A stretch of DNA of 63,651 bases, filler included, from Reticulomyxa filosa (GCA_000512085.1; 15 parts of 15 records of this genome joined end to end with filler, not necessarily neighbours in it); one strand, 5' to 3'. Numbered from the whole stretch's first letter, positions 12,542 through 25,046 are shown. Notes: generated by a model not told the origin, from the sequence alone. Program-made: numbers and translations.

Positions 12542-13135
12542 TACAATAACAATGATTACAAAGTCAATTAATACCGACAATCATAAAAGACGAATAATAT
12601 GTCATTTGCTGCTGCCATTGCAAGCTGAAATCGGTGGTGCTTTGTGACTTATTCTTTTTCTTATTACAGTTAACGTTATCGCTAATGACGTCATGTTCCT
12701 GTGTTTCCATGGTCTTTTTGTTTGTTTTTACACCAATCTGAGAGTAGTTGGATAACAGATAGGTTATGACTTTTACTGCATCCAGTGCACTATCACCAAA
12801 CATCAATCCCAAACGGACCATATCCATGCCTGTTAGCACTTGATGTGTGCGTGACGTGTTGCCATACAAAAGTGGGAGTTCAAAAAATGAACTCACTTCC
12901 GTGCTTTTTTTATTGCTAAATACTGCCTCGTTTCCAATCACCACACCACAATCATTGCTCCCCATCTCCGCACCCCACATCCACACCGGTTTACATAACA
13001 CACATCTGTCCCGTTGCACAACGTTACATTTTTAGTATTTGTTTTACATTTGCATTCACTCTTTTTTAAAAAAATTTACTTTATGTATGTTTCTACACTG
13101 CGTATTCAATCAATTGGGCTTTGCAACAGTACTTT
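10641..13135 (-). CDS. Secernin / peptidase family C69, multi-exon, 5' partial
   Basis: Recognised motifs are KPVWMWGAEMGSNDCGVVIGNEAVFS, LTGMDMVRLGL, YYSSFMI, VCMH...TATTGSLI, CLSNFKPVF and LWWKHEAMH. The N-terminal catalytic region is not on the contig. Confidence 0.88.
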
Positions 13136-13246
13136 TTTTTTTTTTTNNNNNNNNNNNNNNNNNNNNNNNNNNNNNNNNNNNNNNNNNNNNTTAATTAATT
13201 AANNNNNNNNNNNNNNNNNNNNNNNNNNNNNNNNNNNNNNNNNNNN

Positions 13247-13283
<37 letters not shown>

Positions 13284-13308
13284 TGTACATTTATATATTT
13301 ATATATAG

Positions 13309-15044
13309 CATTATTACTTGGAGAAGAAGACGATACATTAGTGAGTATCCACAAATTTGAAAGCCTTGTAAAAGTGATGGACACGAAACAAAAACCGAGA
13401 AAACTAAAGATCTTGGGAACGGACGGCTTGAGCTACCAGTTCTTACTGAAGGGTAGAGAGGACTTGCGACAAGACGAGCGTGTGATGCAGTTATTTGGTT
13501 TGGTGAACAATTTGTTGTCGCACTTGGGCTTGAACATCCACGTGTACAGCGTGATCCCCTTAGGCATAAACTGCGGCATGATCGAATGGATCCCGAATAC
13601 CGACACGCTACATCAACTGATCCAAGAGTATCGAGAATCAAATGGACTCATCTTTGGCATCGAACACGCCCTGATTCGTGAGGAGTACGAAAACTTTGAC
13701 GAACTGTCGATGATACACAAGCTGGAAATCTTCAATCGCATATTGCCCCAAACAAACGGAGACGACGTCGCTAACTTGATGTGGAACAAATCGCACTCGG
13801 CGGAACTGTGGCTCAATCGACGCATCACTTATACCCGCTCGTTGGCTGTTATGTCCATGGTGGGATATATCCTCGGTCTCGGAGATCGACATCCAAGCAA
13901 TTTGATGATCCATCGCTACTCTGGAAAACTGATTCACATTGATTTTGGAGACTGCTTCGAGGTTGCAATGCGAAGAGACAAATTACCGGAAAGAGTTCCA
14001 TTCCGATTGACTCGAATGCTTATTACTGGTTTGTTTGTTTGTTTGTTTGTTTGTTTGTTTGTTGTTTTTAAATTATTAATAATTTAAAACCAATATAATA
14101 ATAATAGTAATAATAATAATAATAATTTTTTTTAATACAAAAAAAAAAAGGCAATGGAAGTAAGTGGTATTGAAGGCAATTTCCGAATAACCTGCGAAAA
14201 TGTAATTGAATTGCTCCGATCACACAAAGAGTCGCTGATGGCGGTATTGGAAGCGTTTGTGTATGATCCATTGATCAATTGGAAACTACTCGAAGAGGAT
14301 GTGCCTTCGGCAATTACCGCGCCTGCCAATTCCAATGTGGCCGATGTCGTCGGTGCCAATGAAAACATGGACGAGCCCATAGTGGCGTCGAATATCGCAC
14401 GACAATCCACTCCCAATTCCCAAGCCTCCTCATTGGATGTGAATGAAATGAAAACGACGCCCAACATAAGTCACACGATCACAAACAGTTACAAGAAGAA
14501 TATCCAAGTTTTGGAAAGAAAAAGTACAAAAGGTCTGAGTGGGGTCCACATTGGCTCCATTGGCGGACACTTTACTCCTCCTCATTTGTCCGAAGAAAAG
14601 TCATTCGAAAATGCCACTGCTACCAGTATTCATCGCATGTCTTCGTTTGGAAGATCTCGCGTCTCTCGAATTTATTCGAGTATTTTGGCCGGTGCTTTGC
14701 AATTCAATCTCAATTATTTGACTGATAGTGACGAAGAGGAAATGATTGGCGTTGGTGCCGTTGGAGTCAAAGGCGATGATATGCAAGGAACTAACGACAG
14801 GGGCATTGCCAATGGCAATGAAAGTAACGAAAAAGCCAAAGCCGTCATTCGAAGAGTGTCTTTGAAATTACGAGGGAAAGAATTTTTAGACGACGATATG
14901 CTCTTACTCAGTGATGAAACGCACCGAAAATTCAACAATTCCAACGGATATAATGTCAAAGAACAAGTTAGCAAACTGATCATTGAAGCTACTAGTCCAG
15001 AGAACTTGTGTCAAGCTTATCTGGGTTGGTGTCCATTGTGGTAG
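13309..15044 (+). CDS. TOR: Target of rapamycin kinase, C-terminal part (PI3K/PI4K catalytic domain + FATC)
   Basis: Motifs are [75 protein letters not shown] and terminal [14 protein letters not shown]. There is one intron at ~14029-14150. Confidence 0.96.
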
Positions 15045-16267
15045 TCACTCTAGCTTTTTTTTCCCTTTGCACATCTGCCATGTGGCTCTTTTTGTACAAG
15101 TTTCACCTCCAAGTGTTTATTGTGCGTTTTCTGTTTTGTTTTCCTTTGGTTAATTTTGGCCTTGGCTTCTTCTCTTCACTTTGTTTGATCGGACTTTTTT
15201 TTCTATAAGACATTTACATTTTTTTTATGTCAATTGAACCAAGGTTAAACGATGTTGACAATGAAAATATAATTTTTGTTGAGTGTAATTTTTCCCTTGA
15301 TTGTGTCTTTTTAAAAAAAAAAATAAAACAAAGAGCAGAGTGTTTACAGATTGTACGGAACCTATCGTCCTGCTTTTTTTTCTCGACTTTTCCTCCTTTT
15401 CTTTGGAAAACACATTATATTTGATGATTTTGAAACAAAAGCATATTTTTGAATCTTTCGAGTTTCTTCTTTCGCTCTACTTACATAGGGCATTCATAGT
15501 TTTTCTAGTTTTCTTTTCAATGATCTTCGAAAAAACGCAAGTATCGAATGTCGAAAACAGAACAGTGTCCATACAAAAAATACATTGACGCAAGCTATGT
15601 CCAGAAATTTGGAGATTGCAAACAAAAAAAAAATGATTCAACTTTGCAGAAGGTAACATTTATAATGTTATTAAAATCATCGATTCATTCCAGTCAGTTG
15701 AGTTCATTCAAAAAGTCTCGAGCTAAATCATGTAGTTTTTAAATATCATTTTGACTTTTTATTTTATCACAATACCTTATTTAACAACGATTGTTTAATA
15801 GTTTTACTATTAGGAAAATAACGTTTCCTGGTCATCGAAAGTATATTTTTTGTATTTTATAAAATAGCAAAATACCAAGAATTTAATTTTTAAGTTTACT
15901 CTGATCGTCTTCCTTTCCATTTTCTAACATATTCATTGCATTAATGTTTTTTGCGAAAATATGCCAACCACATCATTTTTGCAAAAGATCAACAGTAAGT
16001 CCTTAACAAATTTTTCAATTGTTCGTATATTCTCGTAAAAAAAGAAATATCTAACCTGAATTACAATTAAAAAAGATTCCAACCACGATCAAAACCAACA
16101 GAAAAATGTCCAACATTTCACAAAAAAAGTGGTATATTTTCGAAAAATGAATCATTCTTTGAAACTATGGACCTGTTAACCATTTTTAAGAAAAGAAACA
16201 AACTTAAAACCCAAGTCAAGAGTTTCAGTAACAAGTTTTTTTGGTTAAACGAGTACCCTTTTCAAAA

Positions 16268-17874
16268 ATGTGGGACTGGAAACTTTGTTATGTGTTGTTT
16301 CTTTCGTTTGTGGTGTATGTCAAAGGTACACTCATATTTCCCACGGGGAACTATAACTTTAGTTTGATTCTCGGCGAAAAGAAGACAGCCACCCAGGCAC
16401 AGCTAGACGCAGTCTATTACGTTCAGTACTGCGAGAAGACATTGTGCACGAGTTACCAAACCTTTCGTGGACGCAATTTGACAGAGTCAGGTTATTTTAT
16501 GCATTTCGCTGATGTTTCGAGCCAGTCATTTGAATACATTGGTAAAAATCCAGAAGCGTTGGTATTGACAACGTTTACAACCGAAAGCATAAACGTTTGG
16601 GCAGCGACTTGGAATGACTTATACGTATTAAATATGAGTGCACGAGGGTATATACCTATAGGTGCTGACTTTGGCTTACCTTTGGATATTAGAGATGGTT
16701 CGTGTATGCAGCTGCGAGTCTCAAGCGCAAATGAAACGTTCAACATTACGATCTTAAACGAGACCGATTGTCGTTACTTCACGAACCGACAAAATCGGTT
16801 CAAGCCGTCCACTCTTGGCAAATGTTACATATACACACATGTACATATGTTTGTTTTTTTTTTGTTTAATTTTTTCTCCCTTCAAGAAATAAAAAAATAA
16901 ATTATATATGTACGCATGCGTATGTGTATGTGTGGGGAATATACCAATATGGATATACGTGCACGTAAAAAATTCAATGAAAGCTGATCTTTATGGACTG
17001 ACGCTGTCTTATCAGCAGATCGCAGGCGACTTCCCGGAAAAGAACAGAACTTATTTTGTGCATTTCGCATGACTTTGTCTTGTGCCTTAAATGCTTCCCA
17101 GGTCAGAGTTTTTGTTAACATTTCACATCTATGTACATATATGTAGGTACGCATATAAAATGAAAAGTACTTTTATTTTTATTACACATACATATACATG
17201 TATACATATATGCATATACATGTACATATATATGCATATACATGTACATATATATGCATATACATGTATATAAAGTATAACCTATTCATTGGCTAAGGAC
17301 ACATTCACACATACAAATCAAGTAAATAATGGCAATACATTCAATACACATTGTACAGTACACTGTGGAAGTCACAACTTCGACAGTAAAGCTGATAACC
17401 AGTGACGCCGTTGCGTTTAAACGCATGATGGATTGGATGTGCACGAAAACATATGACAATGTACTGTTCTTGAAAATTGAGGGAAAATACAATCGCACAC
17501 AATCAGCATGTTTTGAATCCCTGCCTCCCGCTACTTGTTTTCACATTATTGCTGGACTGACTCCAACAAAGTATTTCGACTTTATTGGTACCACTTCTTC
17601 CACTTCTCTCTACTCTAACGCGTCCGATCCTAATGCGGTCATTAACGATCAAACCCCAGGAAGGGCTCTGTTTGTTCAAAATCCGCTGTTTTGGGGGCTT
17701 GCCATTGCAATGGGGCTGGTTTTAGTTGTAATTGCTACCTTCGGCTATTGGTACTTGCAACGTCAGAAGACGCTTGTACTGATTGAAAATCTTAAAAAAG
17801 CTGGCACTGAGGTTATTGTTGTTCATCAAAAGTCTTTGGAAAATAAAATCAAACGTAAACGCTCCGAAAAGTGA
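16268..17874 (+). CDS. Type I single-pass membrane protein of unknown function (spliced)
   Basis: It has a signal-like start (MWDWKLCYVLFLSFVVYVKG), an ectodomain with several N-x-S/T sequons, a C-terminal TM (LFWGLAIAMGLVLVVIATFGYWYL) and a basic tail. The introns contain (CATATA)n-type repeats. Confidence 0.65.
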
Positions 17875-18180
17875 CCATATTTTTTTCGTTTGGAATTTTG
17901 TTTTTTTTTTGTTTGGCTCTTTTCTTTTGCCTAGTTTTTCTTGGGTCTTTGTAGCTGTGCATCTAAACTATTCGCAATCACTTTTTTTTTTTCTCTTGTG
18001 TTTGTTTCTATTTTTCAAAACTAAGAGTGGAGAAAAAGATTGCAACTCCACAGAATTTGCTCGTCTTGTTAAAAAAACTTAAAAGTAGGACTAAGGGGGG
18101 GGGAGGGGAACTTTGATCAAACCAAATCCTGATTTCGAACTCGAAAAACGATAATAAGGGAAAAAAAGGATTAGGCAAAT

Positions 18181-18592
18181 ATGCTGACACCATCCTTTTT
18201 TTTAGCAGCTTGCTACTTGCAGCTCTTGTGTTGTCCACTCCACTAATAGGGTATATGATGTATTGTTACGTGAAACACAGAAACGAGCGTTACTTTAAGA
18301 TGCGCGGCCCTCAGTTGATAGATCTGCAGCTGGCGGCACTACTGTTTGCCATGTACATCTGTTGTTATTTTTTAGGACTGGCATTAAAGCCTGCAGAGGA
18401 GACACACACTGCAGTGCATGTACAACGTGCAATGGACTTGATGAGTGTAGGTGCATGGTTTTTGGTATGGAAATTATTTTTAATGCGGACTTATTATATA
18501 TTGGTTATGACGCAATATAACAAGGCATTGGCAAATCAAGAATGGCGTTTGTACATGCGTACCGGAGGGACAGCTGCATCCAATACTACTAC

Positions 18593-18648
<56 letters not shown>

Positions 18649-19195
18649 TATTAATGGTATCAATGCCAACAAACATAGATTCAACCAATAATCTGCCATT
18701 AATGACAGCAAACAACAGTAACAGCAATGGCGATGATCCAAGCGACAAGAACGGGCGAGTGAGCAACCTGTTTGCCAGGGCCAGTGGGAAGGGACTCGCG
18801 GCGTTGACAAAGATGCAGGAACTGAGTCGAGGAAGAGAAGTGGGTGGGATAGAGAATGCCATTGAGATTCAGATGGACGAGTCGCGCTTGGAAAAAGCGG
18901 AGAAAAAGATAATCGAATTCCGACAGACAGTCGAAAACTTGCATTGGTTTTTCATCCGCAACGGATTCATTTCTTTTTGTCTAGACTTTGGTACCTTTGT
19001 TTTCCTCTATTACTATTTCTTACAACGCGTTTGGATCGCTTGGTTTTGGTTTCTCTTTGTCGACTTCTGTTTGGCCTGTGCTATCTTTTATTTTTGGCGC
19101 AAGTTTCCGAGATTTCATGACCAGTTTCAAATTAGGTATGTCCCAAGGGAGGGGGGGGGGTAGAGTTATATATGGTGTATGCGTATTTTTCCCCC
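18181..19195 (+). CDS. Multi-pass 7TM receptor-like protein (7TM-RGS / GPCR-like), 3' partial
   Basis: TM1 is followed by HRNERYFKMRGPQL, then further TM segments, a poly-Asn loop and FPRFHDQFQIR, resembling the D.F.IR.E loop of 7TM-RGS proteins. No RGS domain is visible because the contig ends. The start needs a 1-nt correction at a T8 run. Confidence 0.5.
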
Positions 19196-19295
19196 NNNNN
19201 NNNNNNNNNNNNNNNNNNNNNNNNNNNNNNNNNNNNNNNTTAATTAATTAANNNNNNNNNNNNNNNNNNNNNNNNNNNNNNNNNNNNNNNNNNNN

Positions 19296-19912
19296 AAAAT
19301 AAAAAAAAAAAAAAAAAAAAAAGGGAAAGAGGGCAATAAAAAAGAAAGCAAAGTGCAACGGGTACGTAATGCACTGAAACTGGAGAAAGACAAAACGACG
19401 GGCAAAGGGAACAAAACGCCGCGATTGGAGAGATGGGAAGAGTGGCCGGACCAATTCAAAGACTGCTTGAAACAATCCGAGGACGACATAGCGCTGAATT
19501 ACATGTTGGACTTTTTGAAAACGTTGGAGATGGACAACCAGTCTCGTTTGTATCAGCGAATGTGGATGGACACTGAGCTCCTCAAGTTGGTGTGCGATCG
19601 CATTTTGGATATTAGCGAACCGAAGCAAAACGACGGCATTTGCGAATGGCTTTACCATTGCTTTGGAAATAATGACACCAAGTTTTCGAACGACATGCTC
19701 GATGAGGAGCAAGACGAAGACATTCAACGCGAAGAGGATGACCCCGATGTCGAGTTCAATGACGACACTGGCGACGACGATGACCATGACAGTAACAGTG
19801 ACAACGACAACAACAATACTCATACCAACAAATACAAACCTTTGAAGAAAAAACAAAAAAAAAAAAGAAAAGAAAGCCCGTAAAAAATAAAAATGAGAAT
19901 GATAACAATGAT

Positions 19913-19945
<33 letters not shown>

Positions 19946-20129
19946 TAGTAATAATAATAATAATAACACTGGCAATGATAAAAAGCAAGACCAAGAAGAA
20001 AAAGAAGAGTTGTTGAAAATCGATTCCAAAAATGAACTACAAACACAATTGAAGAAATCTAGACCTGATGTTTGCTCTTTTTTTTTTTTTTTTTTTTGTT
20101 TGTTTGACATTGATATCATTTTGTACATC

Positions 20130-20161
<32 letters not shown>

Positions 20162-21599
20162 TGAATGAATTAAATGTGATTGAATTGTTTGCCGTGCAAT
20201 TCATCCCGGTACTCGTGTGGTGCATTTACAATCGTGATGCCCGATGTGTGAGTGGAATGGTAGCAGTGCTGCTGTCACTGTATAAAAAACAAAAGTATGA
20301 TTACAAAGGCCAGTTTTCTTCCAATGTCTCAAGCTCAAATATGAAAAAAAATATTGCTGCAATTTTCAACAACTATCGCTTGCCCGATTTGGATTTTTCC
20401 AGCGTCTTTCACAATCCGAAAAATACAAATCCCAAAACTTGGTTGGAATACACTCGCATCCAAGACCAAGACGCTGTGATTTACCCCTCCTCTTTGCCCT
20501 CCATTCACGTCAAACCCTTTCCGGCTCATTTCCACCCCAACATCCAGTCCGTTACAAATCGTCATCATCCCAACCCTTTACTCTTCAACAACGCCAACTC
20601 CTTCGATCACGCCACTACCAATGCCATTAAAAACAATGACAATGGTACCATCGATATTCACACCGCCATGCATCAATACAAAGAGCATGCCAATGTTGTG
20701 TATGTCAATCTGTTGGCTTTGTTTTTTTTTTTTTCAAACTAGCAAATGTTAATTGTTAACCAAAAAAAAAAAAATTTATATATATATGTATATACATATT
20801 TATTTATTTATTTATTCATTCATTTGTGTATTTCAAAAAAAAAAAAAAGAAATCGTCGTGCCCGCAAGTCTCATCAATTTTATATGGATGATATCACGTC
20901 TGCCAATGTGACGGGTGGCACAGTGATGGACCACAATGCTTCTTCGAAGGACAAAAAAGAAAAGGATGGAAACAAGGACAAAGACAGGTTCCAGAACGAC
21001 TTGCTATCCTTTCATTTCCCAACTCTCCAACAGGCCAATTGGGCCGCTAATTTACAATTAATCCATGTGTCTTTACAAGTTTTTAATTATTACATTTCCA
21101 AAATGAATCACATTGTTTTGGAGCAATACTGTGCTGTCATCGCCAAAATTTGCTCTTCGGGCTTGGACAACTCTGATCGATGCGAATTCCCTGATCACAT
21201 TTCTCAGTCTTTCATCGCCTGTCGCAACTGGAAATGGTACGGGCCTAATGACACCACAAAAAAGCGTTTCGTCATCCCCTCTGAAATTTTGTGCCAATTT
21301 TTAACTGGGCTGAGATATTCATTGTTAATTTTATTTATATTTTATACACATATATACATATATGTACATATATTTGTCTTTTTTTAAAAAAAAAAAACTT
21401 TGAAAAAATTTTTTAGTTCTTGTTTCTTTGATCTCCTTTCCTCTCTCTCTCTCTCTTTTGCAGAAATGTTGAAAAAGTAAAACTAATTGCACTATTTGCA
21501 CTAGCTCAAGTACACAAACGTGGACACTTGGACACGATACCCGAAGTCATCTTACAAACAATGTCCATGATGGACAATGTCGGTGAATTTGACCATTAA
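19296..21599 (+). CDS. Hyccin / FAM126 family protein (PI4KA complex subunit), multi-exon
   Basis: Ordered blocks match hyccin as I recall it: ICEWLYHCF; FAVQFIPVLVWCIY...GMVAVLLSLY; YRLPDLDFSSVFHNP; FNYYISKM...YCAVIAKICSSG; RFVIPSEILCQFLTGLRY; ALAQVHKRGHLDTIPEVIL. GT-AG introns include 20070-20160. Confidence 0.8.
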
Positions 21600-22039
21600 A
21601 AAAAAAAATCTGAGATCCACACACAAATAAATAATATTGGTAATCAGCATTATGATTCTGTACTTCGTTTTTTACTGCTTCTGCTTTTATGAGGATTTGT
21701 ATGTAATATTTCTTTCCAGTTTGGGTCTTCGGTCTCCAAATTCAGACATGTCTCTTTTTTGCTCGTTTTGAGGCTACAGCGAACTGAAAGTTAAAGCTCC
21801 TCAATTTCGCTTGCTCTTCTTCCTTTTTACTTAAAAAAAACAAAATACTTTTGCATTGACGGTGAATTCATTTATACATTTTCATAATTGTAAACTCATT
21901 TTTTATATAAATATTGAACATGCTCACTAGTATTGTGTTGTCTCAGTTTTTTATGAACGAACAACTTGAAAAGTACTTACAGTCCAGTTTGTGCGTGCAA
22001 AGGTTTTTTGTAGAGGATTTTTTTGGATAAAGGTGTGAG

Positions 22040-22672
22040 ATGAATACAGTAGCCTGGACAAATGTGCGCGAAAGTAACGATGGTCCAGCTTCGTTGGACA
22101 TGTTGGAGCGCTGCTTCCTTGATTTCCAGTTTTTCCTGCCCTATCATCCCGACTTGCCAAGCCGAGCAGTGGCAATTCAAGAGTCAATAGCAACCGAGCT
22201 TCAGGTATATACACATGGTTTTTTTTTTTTAAAGGGGAAAGATTCATTTTTTTTCAACAAAAAAAAAAAGAGGGAAAAAAAAATGAACAGCTGGAAATGA
22301 AAGACGTGCACATACGGGAATGTGTCCGTCATCCAACGCAACGAGTGTTTGTAACAGGTTGGATCGAGACACTAGAAAAGTTCCGGAAGGGTCTGATGGA
22401 AAAGTTTCACTTGTCATTGCAGAAGCAAAGTTTATCGCGTCGAATAACCGAGATTACGAAGATCGAAAATCCCCGACTGGGAGTGTCGCAGTTGATAATG
22501 AACTACACAACCGCGAACAATGGAAAGCAGTCTGAAATACAGATTCCAGAAACGGGACCCGTTCAATCTGCGGTCAAAAAGGATAAAAAAGATGCGATCG
22601 AAAACAACGCAAACCAAGAAAAAGAAGAGACAGTAGCAAATAAAACCGCAAGACAAAAGGAAGACGAAGAGG
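22040..22672 (+). CDS. Uncharacterised protein, 5' part
   Basis: ORF 22040 exon (…ATELQ|GT) joins via CAG|CTG to ORF 22297 in frame, then runs into the gap. Confidence 0.55.
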
Positions 22673-24698
22673 NNNNNNNNNNNNNNNNNNNNNNNNNNNN
22701 NNNNNNNNNNNNNNNNTTAATTAATTAANNNNNNNNNNNNNNNNNNNNNNNNNNNNNNNNNNNNNNNNNNNNAAAAAAGTTGGTAAGTTTCATGGTTACG
22801 ATGTATGCACGATTGTCAACTTTTTCTCGAAAATTTTCAAACATGAATAAAATATTCAAATTTTTTAAACAATTAGGAAAGATGTAATATTTAAAAACTA
22901 CGAGATTTGTAGATATTTTTAAAAAATTAGGTCTGAATGTTGTTTTTTCATGTAGAAAATCAATTATCTCTATAAGGTGCCATTTTAGATTTAAACTTTA
23001 CTTTGCATTCTACTGTATTATATCATCTCTTGCATTTATTTGAAAGGCTACACATTCAATTTTTTTAGTGGCTTTTACAGTATGCCTTTTTTTTGTAACA
23101 AAATTTTTGTAATTAAATCTATGTCAAACTGTAAAGAAAAAATAATATATTTAACAAACGTTTACACTTGTGTTTAAAAGAAGCTTTTATGTGGTGCAAA
23201 AAACTAGATTCAAAACTCCAATGTTTGACAAAAAACAGACAAAAATTTTTTTTGCAGAAAAATCAATAGGAAATTTAAAAAGACAGTTCAAATTCTCGTT
23301 TGATTTCATACGAAAAGATTTGACTGTTGAATGTTTAATTTGAAGTTTATAGATAAAATTATGAGTTGTGTATGATTTTGATGATATTATTTGGAAATAC
23401 AGTAGCTGAAATAAATTTTGAACAATTGCAGTTAAAATTTTTGTTAATGATTTTATTTTTAGATGTGGTGATTTGTTTCATGATTGTGAAATTTGTTAAT
23501 TTTTTTTATCAGTGTGTTCAACATATATGAAAAAAGGTATCAATCAAAATAAATACTAAAATTTCAAAAATATACTAAACAAAAGGTGTGATCATTAAAT
23601 AATGAAAATTCAATGTTATAGTATGTTAATTGGATAATTGCATTTATTGATTATCTTTGATATCCCAAAAACGAATGCATTGTCTTTTGATGCAGAACAC
23701 GTTACATTACGACGATGATTATAATTTCATTAAGTACTTCACAAAATACATATAATGTAAATATTATTGAAGTTATTTGTTAATCTTTAAATTCATATAC
23801 GACTATTGTGTCACCTGACTCGAAATAAATTAATTGATTGCATATATTGAATGATAATAACAATTATAAATTATTTCGATATTTTGATTTAAATTAAATG
23901 AAAGACAACAAATTATGAATTTTGCATAAATTTTTTTAAAAATTCAATACTTTCTGATTTGAAAATACAAACTAGCAACCAGGTTTTGTGTGATGTGCTT
24001 GAAAGAGTAGCATTTTTTTACGCAGTTATATCTCAGTCGATTTTTAAATTAATACAATTCGATTTTTGATCAAATAAGAAAGAATTGTATATGTTAAAGT
24101 AAACTTGAAAGAAGGTGCTAGAACTAATTGCCTTAAATTTGTTCAATTAAGAAAGAAAGAAATAATGATAATGATTAGGTATTAATTTGTTATGGTTCCC
24201 GTAGCAATGACCAGCATTTCAAAAATATTATAGGTTTTTTAAGCGTATTGGCTTTTTCGACATTTTTTTTTTTAAAGATCTTTAACTTAATGCTTGTTAT
24301 TTGTGTAGAGAATGTTAAAAACAATTTTTTTACAGAACTGTTTGTCTCATTGTTCTTTCCTATAATGTTTATGTTAGCTTTACACAGCGTGCATAATTTT
24401 TTACAAAAATTTGATAGAAACGTTTAAAAATTACACAAAAAATCATTTGAGTTCTCTGAGTTCTATAAGATTTTTCTTTCAATGTTTGGATTTAAATTTG
24501 TTGAATTGATTTATTTGTTGCGTGTACAAAAAACGAAGTTTTCAAAGTGAGTTTTTAAATCTGTCCTTTTTACTTTGCAAGCATTTTTGCTTTCTTTGAT
24601 ATTATTATTTCATGTATGTCTGTACTTTTATTTTCTCTGTAGCAATAAGTTGTAATTATTGTTAATTTTGTGACCTAACAGCAACGCAATAAGAAACA

Positions 24699-25046
24699 AT
24701 GAAGCTCTACCTTATCCTTTCGGTGGTGGCAATATTGCTTTGCATGCCAACGCAAGCTGGACTGTTCGGATTCCTTTTCGGCGCTGTTGGTGGATATGCC
24801 GCTTGTCAGACTGCATGTAATGCTGGTTGGGTGGCATGTTATGGTGCAGCAGGCCTTACTGCGGGTATTTCCATTTTTTGAAACTGCCAAGATGTGATAA
24901 AAACGTTTGATGTGTAATTGTTTATAATTTTTTTGACAATAGGTGCAGCTACCGGAGGTGCCGCACTCCCAGCCGCAGCGATGGCCTGTAATTTAGTACA
25001 AGGTACATGTATGGCCACTTGCGCCGCCACTTTTTTAGTTGTCTAA
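24699..25046 (+). CDS. Small secreted Gly/Ala-rich 6-Cys protein (89 aa; two exons, intron 24865-24942)
   Basis: The spliced product is MKLYLILSVVAILLCMPTQA-GLFGFLFGAVGGYAACQTACNAGWVACYGAAGLTAGAATGGAALPAAAMACNLVQGTCMATCAATFLVV*. It resembles the fungal/oomycete/algal cysteine-rich (zygote-specific class V-like) small protein family. Confidence 0.85.
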
